Origin: Protoeuglena noctilucae
Taxonomy: Eukaryota
DNA length: 64,000 bases
NCBI GenBank assembly: GCA_958009085.1
Contig: OY253672.1
Span: 868,001-932,000 of the forward strand
Direction of reading: 5' to 3'
Part shown: piece by piece, positions 50,196 to 64,000 of the stretch
How positions within the stretch are numbered: position 1 is the stretch's first letter
Layout: every line of letters begins with the position of its first letter
Position numbers and translations under genes: made by a program
The notes under the pieces: model-generated
Databases searched by the model: none
What the model saw: only the letters and a program-made list of their open reading frames with translations
Told to the model about the DNA's origin: nothing

Positions 50196-51386
50196 ATGCT
50201 GCGGAACTCGGCGCGGCGGGCGTTGGACCTTGCCTGGCGCGCGGGCACGCGTTGCTTGGAGCCCGCGTGGCGGCCCCTCGGGCTCGACCACGCCGTGGGT
50301 CGCGGTGGTGCCAAAGCGTTTTCTGAGGAAGCTCAGAAACACCGTCGCGCGAAAAGGGGGCGGAAATGGGTCAGAACCCCCCCCGTTCGGCCCCCGCTGC
50401 TGAACGAGTGGCCCATCGTCAGCGGCGTGCCACTGGGGAGCTCGGTCGAGGTGAGGAGCGGATGCTCGGACATGGGTGGGCCGCAGGTATCGAGCACGGC
50501 CCGCCGAGGGACCCGAGCGGGCCCCACACCCCCACGCGCAGGACGTGTTGGACTGGCTTGAGGACCATGGGGTCGCCCTGAGCGAGAAACGCGTGTTCCA
50601 CCACTACATGCGCGCATATGGAGGGGACACCATCACATCGTGCTCCACAGGGCAGTGGCTGGTGCTGCCGGCGACGAAAGGTGAGGGAGCCCACCCCTCA
50701 GTGCCTGCAGCCCGCCCCCTTGCCGACGCGCGCGATCTGCTGATCGTCGTATGGCTTTCTCTCGCAGAGCAGTGGACTAAGGTACTGAGCCTGGACGGCA
50801 CCGCGTTCGGTTCGGCCCGGGTGCGCGTGCAGCTCGTTTCCAACACGGACGTCGGCCGCACGCTCTTTGGCAAGGCGAGCGCTTGCGCGGCTCCTTTCCC
50901 GGTCGCTGCTTCGTGGTCACCATGCGCGGCGCGTCACTTGGCTCGCCCCGCGGCCTCGCAGGGAGCTCCGTTCAACATCCACAGCAAGGGTCGCCACATT
51001 GAACTCTTGGACGTGGGTCAGGAGCTCCACAGCGAGGAGGTGGCGACCATGTTCTCCGACTACGGCCTCGACTACCTCGAGGTGAGCGACGGGGATGGTC
51101 TGTGGCTCAGTGACAGTGGCTGGCGCGGTGGGGAAGGCGGGGCGTGCGCGGTGGCGTGACCAGAGAGGCTGGCCAACGTCACCCCGCTCTGCTCCTCCAG
51201 GTGCGGGACGTGTACCATCCACTCAAGGGCGTCCTCCCAGACGAGCACCTGAAGATGGGCATCGTGCACCACGAGCGGTCCAACTTCGTGTGTTTCCGGT
51301 CCCGGGAGGAGGCACACCGCGCGTACCGTGACCGCCTCGTGACCGGCATCGTCGCGCGTTTGCTGCAGATCCGAGTGGTGCAGTGA
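50196..51386 (+). CDS. Probable mitochondrial protein with two degenerate RRM-like folds, 5 exons
   Basis: Arg-rich presequence; IVSGVPLGSSVEDVLDWL; IELLDV..EEVATMFSDY; FVCFRSREEAHRAY..IRVVQ*. Confidence 0.6.
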
Positions 51387-51577
51387 AGGGTTCAAGCGCT
51401 GCGGCTGGGTCGGTCAACGGGGTCCGGCAAGCAGGACAGGGGATCAAGGAAGCGCATGGGCGCCTGGCGACTACTGGAAATGGTTTTGCCGCAGGCTGCT
51501 GGATAGTGTGAGTGGGACTGAAACCTAAGGAACGCAAGCGGGGCAGGCTGCGTCGCCGCCATCGCCGTGGCGGCTAT

Positions 51578-52593
51578 TCAGATATCGATGGTTCCTGCGA
51601 CGTAGTCGGGCTCCCCAAACTCGCTGGTGGAGTCGGACTCGGCCGCATGCCTCGGAATGCCCTGCGGGCGGGTGACTCGCCTCGTCACTTTGCGCCAACC
51701 TAGCTCCCTGCCCCGTGCGGGCTCGTGGCTCGTGGCCCCGCGGAACGCACCTGGCAGCAGAGGTAGAGGAGCCGCTTGAGTTTGCGGTTGTAGAAAAAGT
51801 AGTTGAAGCTCCACACGCTGCCGTCCTCCCCGAACGGGTCGCTCTCCAAGTCCGTCTTGTACGAATAGACGTCGCAGTCCTTCAGGTCCACGGCCTCGTC
51901 CACCGCAGACCAGAGCGCTTGGCTGCGGAGCGGGGACGCGACGGCCTGCCTTTGCTGCTTGCGCGCCGCTACAGCGGGGAGCCTCAGCCAGCCACCGCAC
52001 CTGAGCGGCTGCTCTCCGAACCCGGGCGTGTCGTCCCAGACCTTGGACGCCTCAAGCAGGCGCTCCTCGATCAACTCCTCGGCTGCGCTCAGGTTGACCT
52101 CCTTGCGGAAGTGGTGGGCCCGGAGGAGCGAGAAGTCGTAGTCCGGGTACACGTGGTTCAGCGCGAGGATGAGGTGGGCGAGCGTCCGGCGGCTCGAGGG
52201 CTCCGTCATCGGGCCCACGGGCGAGGCCCCGTACAGCGACCCCACGCGCGGCGACGCGGCCAGATCGAGTTGGAAGGCGTCGTCGAGGGACTTGGAGAGC
52301 TTCTTGTCCAGGCCGGCCAGCTTGCACGAGAAGACCTGCGCAGCGCCCTTGACGACGAACTCCCCCACGTTGACTTGCTCCAGGAAGGAGTGTATCCGCT
52401 GGAGATTCGAGAAATCCAGTAGCTTCTGCGTCACGAACGCCGGGAAGTCGCGTCCGCGGCGTCGGCGGGGCCACCATTCCGCGCGATGACGCCGCATCGG
52501 GGCAAGGACCGTGGCGGGGCGGGCTATCGCCCTCCACGCGGCCGTGCCGCCCTATCCGCCGCCCGCGCTGACCACATCGCACCGCCTCACCAT
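51578..52593 (-). CDS. MAF1: RNA polymerase III repressor MAF1; first coding exon is ATG only
   Basis: M|KLLD, FSCKLAGLDKKL, SRRTLAHLILALNHVYPDYDFS, DCDVYSY and WSFNYFFYNRKLKR. Confidence 0.95.
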
Positions 52594-53689
52594 GTTGCCG
52601 TCACCGCCGTATCAACATCCGCGCGGGCCTCGCGGGAACGACCGGACGACCAAGCACCGCTGCAGACCAGGTATTTCGCGCAAGGTCTCCCTTTGGCTAC
52701 TCGTCTGGCTGGCCACAGAACGCTTCCGAGTTCCACGAGGGATCGGGCGCTTGCCTCTGGGCCGCGACCGCAGCGATGCGGGGCGAAGACCTTGACCCTC
52801 CTAACTCGAACGCCGAGGCCTCCGGGACGGCCCTCGCGTCGCTCCTGCGCGCGAAATCCATCATGTACACGGTGGGTGCCGGAGAGGAAGCGCGGGACGG
52901 CGACTCGAGACCGGCTCAGACGCGAGAGAGTCCGTGGGCCCCGCACGCGCGCGCGCGCGGGCCGGAGGGCGCGCCGAGAAGACGACACGAGCGATTGGGG
53001 CACGTATCGCCCGCGACACGTCCCAGCGCGGGTCGCGTCGTGACAACCCAATCGCGCTCAAAAATATGCGGGCTCAGGAGCCGTCTGCATGCACCCCGAC
53101 CTCGGCACTGCCACGGTGGAGGCCGCGGTGAGGTGGTGGCCGCGCAAGTGCCCGGGTCCGCTGAGGACGGGCGAGATGCCACCCACCTTGGCTAGGGCGT
53201 AGGTGGACCGCGCACGTGACCGTGGCAAGCTCCAGCGGCTCTCGCGCGCTTCCCCAAGTTGGTGGCGAGTGATGTGGTCCTCGGACGGGGTCCGTCAACG
53301 GTCATCAGCGGCCTCTGGCAGGGCGAGGTTCTTGCGACCGAAACTGCGGTCTGGTCTGACCGAGGTAGCGCTTAGGGGCGGGCCTGGGAGCGCCCCTCGC
53401 GCACATATCCCGCCGCACGACCTCTGTCGCACGCGGGGCCGACCTGTGGTGGTCTCGGTCAAACGGAGCTGTTGTTTGTTGCCAGCTCCTGAGCTCTGGG
53501 GGCCGCCCTTGCTGTCTTGCGAGCGTTCTTAGGCGAGGATCTGGTGACGGGCTTGTCCCATCGGGCGAACGGCTCTCCGCTGCGCGGGCACAAGGCCGGG
53601 CGCGTGGGATCGCTGTGGCCACTTGCTGACGCGACTGAGCAACGTGACCCTTGGCGCGAGCCCCGCGGGATCGGCTCAGCGTCGCAGGG

Positions 53690-56600
53690 ATGGCGGCAGC
53701 CACCGCGTCGGGGCTGATCGCCCTCCTCGAGGAGCCCAGTCTCGAGCTCCGGGCCCATGCGCTACGCTCCCTCAACCAGGTGACGCCGGGGTCCTGCCAT
53801 GTGCGAGCCTTGACGTCTCTCTTCAGCCCCTTCGCGGCGGAGGCGCTGCCCCGCACGCTTCAAGGGTTTGGGGGGAAACCATGAGCCCCGCGACGTGCTC
53901 CGACTGAATAGTCCGAGATCTCGCGGCCCACGCGCTGTGTTTCATGCCCGCACACGCGTGCGATGCGCGGCACCCCTCGGGAGGCCCTGTCGAGCCGTCT
54001 TTTTGTACCGGTCGCTCGGTTCTCGCTTGTATCATCACATCCACGACGCGCGGGGCTTCCTACGCGCTTGTGTCGACGAATTAAGGGACGGGGTCGCATA
54101 ATTTGATCACGACTCGCGCTCCCCTTGGCCCTGCACATCTCCCCCACCTGTGCGAAGCGAGGGCTGGGCGAGGAGCGCAGCGGGCAACGCAGATGTCGTG
54201 TCTTCGATGGGACTGCCTGCTTGCGCCCGCAGGTGGTGGACCACTTCTGGTTCCAGGTCTCGTCGTCGATCAGCACCATCGAGGGTCTCTTCGAAGATGC
54301 GTCCTTTCCAGGTGAGCCCCTCGACCAGGCGACGCTGCCATGGACGGTATCCCCGTCCTCACTGCGCCTCCCGCTAGGCGTGGGGCGGCCCCCCTCGAGC
54401 GGAGCCCCTGGGCCGTGCGCGCAGACCGTGAGCTGGCGGCCCTGGTGGCCGCCAAGGTGTTCTACCACCTCGGCGAGCTGGACGACGCGCTGTCGTACGC
54501 GCTCGGCGCCGGGCTGCACTTCGACGTGAGCAGCCCGAACGAGTTCGAGCAGACGCTGCTGTCCAAGTGCATGGACCAGTACATCCGCCTGCGCGTGCAA
54601 CAGGAGGACGGCGCGGGCGAGGAGCCCGTCGAGATCGACCCGCGCCTCGTCAGCATCGTCGAGCGCATGCTCGACCGGTGCATCGAGGACGGGCAGTTCG
54701 AGCACGCGGTCGGGGTGGCCCTCGAGGCCCGGCGCCTCGACGTCCTGCGGGACGCCGTCTCGCGCTCCCCCGAGGGCCCCCGGCTCCTCGAGTACACGAC
54801 GCAGGCCGCGCAGAACACCGTCGCGCACCGCGGCTTCCGCCTCAAGATCCTGGAGCTCGTCGAGAGCCTGCACCGCGCCCAGCCGGACCCCGACTGGGTG
54901 GCGCTCTGCAGGCGAGGGCCGCCCACGGCCGCGACAGAGCCTGCATCTCGCGGGCCCGCGTGTCGCGTGATCCCCGGTCCGCCCCCGCCGCAGGTGCCAC
55001 GTGCTCCTCAACAAGCCCGAAGCGACTGCCGCCGTCTGCACCGACCTGCTGCGGAGGGGCGACGCCGAGGCCCTGGTGGCGTACCAGGTGGCCCTCAACC
55101 TCTTCGATGCACAGGTCCCGGCGTTCTCGAACCGCGTGGCGTCGGAGGTGGCCAAGTGGGCCGAGTCGGGCGGCAGCGGGGGCGGGGATGGTGCGTGCAT
55201 GTCCTGGATGGGGTGCGCGAGCAGCGTCTGGTGGTAGGGCGCGATCCGCAGTCGCGCGTGGTCCCCGCAGTGGCCATGGAGGGCGAGGGGCTGGACGCGG
55301 GTGTGCAGGAGCGTGTGGCCAAGCTGCAGCTCCTGCTGTCGGGGACGCGCCCTGTGCAGCTGCGCCTGGACTTCCTGTTCATGCGCAACCAGGCGGACCT
55401 GCAGATCCTGCGCAACATCAAGACGTCCCTGGAGCAGCGCAACTCGGTGTGCCACTCGGCGACCGTCGTGGCCAACGCCTTCATGCACGCCGGCACGTCC
55501 GTGGACACGTTCCTGCGGGAGAACATCGACTGGCTCGAGCGGGCCACCAACTGGGCCCGCTTCAGCGCCACGGCGTCCCTGGGCGTCATCTACCAGGGCA
55601 TGCTCGACTCCGCCAAGCGCAAGCTCTCGCCCTACCTCCCGAGCAGCCTGGGGGGCAACGCGCGCACGCCCCTGTCGCCCTACACCGAGGGGGGCGCCTA
55701 CTTCGCCATGGGCCTCCTCCACGCCTTCCAGGGCTCCGGGGCCCGCGAGTCCCTCAAGCAAGCGCTTCGCAACAGCTCGGGGAACGAGACGCTGCAGCAC
55801 GGGGCGTGCCTGGGGCTGGGGCTGGCGTGCCTGGGGACGGACGACGAGGAGGTTGGGGAGGACATCAAACAGGTGCGGGGCGGCGGTGGGGTTGGGGAAG
55901 GCAGTGTGCAATAATGGGGGTGAGCGGCGAGGGTGAACGATGCTGTTCTTTTTGTGCTGCAGGTGCTGTACAACGACAGCGCGGTGGCGGGGGAGGCGGC
56001 GGGCGTGGCCCTGGGCCTGCTGGCGGTGGGGACGGGGTCCGAGAAGGCCGCGGAGATGCTGGCGTACGCCCACGACACGCAGCACGAGAAGATCGTGCGG
56101 GGGCTGGGGCTGGGCCTGGCGCTCATCATGTTCGGTCGGGAGGACTTCGCGGACGTCATGATCGAGCAGATGACGGGGGACCAGGACCCGATCGTGCGGT
56201 ACGCGGGGATGCAGACCATCGGGCTGGCGTACGTGGGGACCGCCAACCCCCGGGCCATCCAGAAGCTCCTGCACTTCGGGTGCGAGACGCTTGATGCGCC
56301 ACGCACATGCCCCCACACATGTCATCTCGGCGGCGTCCCGCGAGCCGCCCGGTCTAACATGTCCCCCGCTTTGTCTGCAGGGTGTCGGACGTGTCCCACG
56401 ACGTGCGCCGTGCTGCCCTCATGCACCTGGGGTTCGTGCTTTGCGGTCAGCCCGAGCGCTGCCCCCAGGTGGTGGCCCTGCTTTCCGAGTCGTACAACCC
56501 GCACGCGCGCTACGGGGCCGCGATGGCCGTCGGCGTCGCCTGCGCTGGGACGGGCAGCCGCGAGGCACAGAGGCTGTTGGAGCCGCTCCTCAAGGACCCA

Positions 56601-58020
56601 ACGGACTTCGTGCGCCAGGGGGCCCGCATCGCCACGGCCCTCGTCATGATCCAGCAGCCCGAGGCCCGGGTCAAGGAGTTCCGCGAGCAGACCATGACCA
56701 GCATCGGGTGAGGGTGGGGCCTGGGGCGGGGGGCGCGCCTCACCTGGCACAGCACAGTGCGACGATGTGGATGAGTGCGCGTGGAGCAAATCCTGCATGA
56801 AGTTCTGGCAACCTCGACGTCCGCTCTCGCTTCCACAGGAGCCGGCACGAGGAGGTCATGGCCAAGATGGGCTCCATCATGGCGCTGGGCATCCTGGACG
56901 CGGGTGGCCGCAATGCCACGGTCCAACTGCGGTCCCCGCAAGGCCACCTCCGCCTCCTCAGCCTCGTCGGTATGGCATGCTTCCTGCAGTACTGGTGAGC
57001 CACCAGCCAGGCCATCGCGGCACCCTCTGGGGCGGCAGGGCATGGCGGCGCGCACCGCCCTGCGGCGGGGCTGGCTGTGTACTCATGCCATGTTCGTCCT
57101 CGAAACCCCCGCAGGTACTGGTATCCCATGTCCCACTTCCTGTCCCTGTGCCTCACGCCCACGGGCCTGGTGGGCCTGGACGCGTCCCTGCGCTGCCCAG
57201 CGTTTGATGCCGACTGCGCATGCAAGCCCTCGGCGTTCGCGTACCCGCCGCCCGTCTCGGACTCGAAGACGACGGACCGGCAGAAGGTCCCCACGGCGAC
57301 GCTGTCGGTCACCGCCAAGGCCAAGCGGCGGCAGGCGAAGAAAGAGGAGGAGCGCAAGGCGGACGAGGCAGGACCCAGGTGTGCGGTGTGATCACGACCT
57401 GGGCTGTGCCGACGTGGACCTCGTGCCGCTTAGAATGCAGTTTTTGAGCCGCATGGGCGCTGGGCGCGTCAGGATGGGGGTGGATGGTGGCAACGCTTGG
57501 TGACGCGTGCTGGCTGCAGTGCGATGGAGGTCGACGAGGCGCCCAAGGCGGACGGGGAGCAGAAGAAGGATGAGGCGCCGGAGCCGTCGAGCTTCGCGTT
57601 GCCCAACATGAGCCGAGTCGTGCCGCAGCAGGTCAAGCACGTGTCCCTGCCAGACGGGAGCCGGTGGCAGCCGGTGCGGCCCGGCCTTCTCAGCGGAATG
57701 CTGATGCTCAAGGACACGCGGCCGGGGGAGACCTACACGTGCGTGGACCGCGAGCCGCCGAAGCCGCCGGCGCCTGCCCAGGCCTCGACGCCCGCGGCCG
57801 CTGCCACGACGCCTGCTCCAGCCACGAGCCAGGTGCGTGGGTGGGCGATGCCGGCCACGCTCTGGAATGGGGCTGCGGACTCCTTCACATCTGTGCCGTT
57901 TCGTGGACGCAGGCGGCAGCGACGCCCGCGCAGGGTGCGGCGGGGGGTGGCGCAGCAGGGGGCGCCGCGGGGGAGGAGCCCCCGCCCCCCGCCGCTTTCG
58001 ATTACGACCCCGATGCGTAG
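53690..58020 (+). CDS. RPN2: 26S proteasome regulatory subunit RPN2/PSMD1, multi-exon
   Basis: [69 protein letters not shown] and DAGGRN. Confidence 0.96.
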
Positions 58021-58309
58021 GCCCTGCTGCGACGCGAATCTCGGCGCCCATCCATGCACGCCTCGCGCATCGCGAGCGGATCTGGCGCCTGGCAGACTGG
58101 CTGTTTTTGGGTTGAAGTCCCGAGAGCCGGCCTCGCGTGCAAGATAACGCGCAGTTGCTATCGTTTTGAAGAGTTCTGCTAGCGCGGCGTGGCGAGATTG
58201 TCCTCAACGTCGTCGAAGCGCGAGGTTGCGGTCAGCTCGGAATCGTCCGCGTCAGCGTTGCCGCGGCCCATCGCGTGGCCGCTAGACCCTGCTCCGCATA
58301 CCTCGTTGC

Positions 58310-61764
<3,455 letters not shown>

Positions 61765-61799
61765 AACTCTTGTAACCAGGGCAAGGGCCACCCTATGGC

Positions 61800-62015
61800 G
61801 GTGCTCTTGAACCCAGGGCAGGGATCCTGTGGTGGTGCTATCTGTGCTTGACGTAGGGCAGGGTTCCTGTGGCCAGGCATGATGCATACATGCCGGACTG
61901 GCTCCCAGATGAGAGCTCCTGTGGCCATGCTGTGTGCTAGACCTAAGGGAGGGCTCCTGTGGCCATGTTGTGTGCTTGACGTAAGAAATGGCTTTTACAT
62001 GGATGCTTGACCCAT
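61800..62015. repeat. Degenerate ~38-42-bp tandem repeats between convergent genes
   Basis: Recurrent GG(C/G)AGGGNTCCTGTGG(CCATG)...GTGCTTGAC units. Confidence 0.7.
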
Positions 62016-62236
62016 GCCAGGCTAAACGTGCTTGGTTTGCCCTCTACCACCCTAGGTGGCGCTCTGGTTTGCCCAACTGCGTCCGTTCCGCTTTCCTCTG
62101 CCCACCTGCCGAGTCACCCTGTAGCGGGCAGGTTCTCAGCCCCGGGACAGACGGCATGGACCATTCAAAGTACAAAAGACTGGCAACTTGCGTTTTGTGC
62201 CCTGGCACTGGGGCACTGGGGCAGTCCCCAGGCAGG

Positions 62237-64000
62237 CTAGGCAGACTTCACGACGGCCACCAGCCGCCCCTCCCGCACCGCCAGGCGCACCACGCGATGC
62301 TCCGCGGTGCCCCTCGCGCCGTCGCCCCAGCCAATCTCCTTCTCCAATGCCTGCCCCGCCATCCTATTCACCACGTTGCGCACACCGACCGCCCCCTCCA
62401 AGGCAAGGCTCGGACCCGAGTCGCTCTCGTCCGCCGACGTGTACTCGATGTGATCCGCCTGCGTCACAGATGCAATGCAAACGCCCTTGCAAGCGCGGTG
62501 GCCCCTCATCACCCACCGCACACCACATCCATCCTCTCCCCTGCCGCCCTCCGTCGCCGCATCACGCCCCATCGCGCGCCTCACCAGGAAGTCCACCACG
62601 TCGTCGTCCCACTGCAGCTCGTAGCCCGACTTGGACCGCAGCACTGGCGCGTACGTCCGCGCCAGAAACGTGCCGGTGACCTCGCGGATGTGGCTCCGGT
62701 GGAGAGGGAAGAAGGGCACGTAGAAATCCACCAGCGAAATGGCCCGGGAGTTGGTCAGGCTGGAACTGGCCTCGTCCTGCGGTGACGAAGCGACGGAGCG
62801 ATGGCTGAACATCTTCATCAGAGGAGGTCCACTGTGCCCATCGTGGCTGAAACAGGGCCAGGAAGGGCCCTGACCCCTCCACCCTGCACTGCCACACGCA
62901 GCTACCCCACCGTCCTGCCTCGCAGCCACCCAGCTACCCCACCGCCCTGCCTCGCAGCCCACGCCCCTCACCTCGCACGCCTCGTCCCGCGACCACTGCT
63001 CGTACAAAGTGTTCTTGAGGGACGCCTGCAGCTGCGGCGTGGACACGGCCCCGCCCCCCGATGCGTAGGCCTTCCTCGCCTCGTCCACCACCTCTGCCAT
63101 GCCAGCATTGGACTCGAGAACCATCACCGCACGCCGGGCATCCACGCCCTCCGCGTGCAGCACGCCGTGGTCCATGAGCTGCCGCAGGAAACCCCGGGCT
63201 TTGCAGTCGAGCCTGGAGCGCAGAGCGGCGCGGGGTCGCTTGCAGCGTGGACATGTACACGTCCAGAAACAGACGCCAAAGAATCGAATACCGAGGCACA
63301 CACGCACGCGTCTGCGCAGAGCACGAGCCCTCTGTCCCCGCCCACCTGTCGTATTCCTCGATCACCACCAACGCGTCCTTGTGTTTCTTCAGATGCCGGA
63401 CCATCTCCTCCCGTATCTTTGCCCACTGCTCCTCCCGGTCCCTGAATGCAGGGAGCAAGCGAGAACATCGAGCGTTTTCCCAATACATCGGGCACATCCT
63501 CAACACGCCATGACTTGATGAGAACGCCCAGGCTTGTAGTCAACACGTATAGCACCTTCCCAACACATGAGGCGCCTTGCACACGCTGTGTGCCTGCCTC
63601 CACCCAATGCGGCCCTGGTTGCCCAGCTCACCGTGCATAGTAGTTGACGCCGAAGAGAGTCAGGTAGCCGGGACATGCGGGGCCCTGGCACGACCCGCGC
63701 CGCTCGGGAGGGACGTCCCAGAGGCTCAAAGCGAGGACGCGGTGGGTAAGGGACTTGCCGACCCCAGGCGGGCCATGCAGGGAGAAGACGAGGGGCCCCT
63801 GGGGGTCCGTGGATGCCAGGTGCGCACACGTCGCGGACACGATGGTGGCGACGGCGTCCGACTGCCCCTGCACCTCCGCCGGCAGCGCCTGGCGCAGCGC
63901 CTCGCATGCGCGAGGGGAGAAGGGCTGCGACTGGGCGCTGTCGAGGAAGCGCGACGCGGATCCTAGCAGCGTGGAGAGGGTCTGACCCGAATGGCCGAGG
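62237..64000 (-). CDS. Torsin-like AAA+ ATPase, multi-exon, 5' end beyond the window
   Basis: GQSDAV..PLVFSLHGPPGVGKS (Walker A in a torsin context), LVVIEEYD (Walker B), VMVLESN and LVDFYVPFFPL.R.HI. Confidence 0.75.

Noticed and set aside
53860..56325. 821-aa ORF antisense to RPN2
   Set aside because: Shadow ORF caused by high GC3 in RPN2 exons.
61800..62015. CRISPR-like array
   Set aside because: Repeats are degenerate, have no unique constant-length spacers, and sit in a eukaryotic context with no cas genes.

Overview
GC-rich, intron-dense eukaryotic DNA from a photosynthetic green-lineage organism, probably a chlorophyte alga (inferred from ARC5/DRP5B, a thylakoid rhodanese-like protein, a CslA-like synthase and transit peptides). 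The ORF track is therefore fragmentary, and I assembled all gene models by hand across splice sites. Gene order: canopy/seele-like (-), GPI8 (+), CslA-like glycan synthase (-), CPBP/Abi protease (+), ARC5 (-), hypothetical (+), Dicer-like (-), an intact L1-clade non-LTR retrotransposon (-) whose poly(A) ends about 95 nt upstream of the Dicer ATG, small HSP (+), hypothetical (-), a ~2,100-aa multi-exon gene (+), TROL-like rhodanese (-), degenerate two-RRM organellar protein (+), MAF1 (-), RPN2 (+), cN-II-type 5'-nucleotidase (+) and a torsin-like AAA+ ATPase (-, runs off the window). The ~2,100-aa gene joins a RAMA-like domain, seven EsV-1-7-type Cys/His repeats, a WD40 propeller and possible Tudor/SH3-like barrels. 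Most notable: (1) that RAMA-EsV-1-7-WD40 architecture; (2) the LINE sitting in the Dicer 5' region; (3) about 12 GC-AG introns with an AG|GCGAG donor consensus, plus a candidate GA-AG intron inside Dicer RNase IIIa. Domain calls are by motif recognition only; no searches were run, and terminal exons are approximate.
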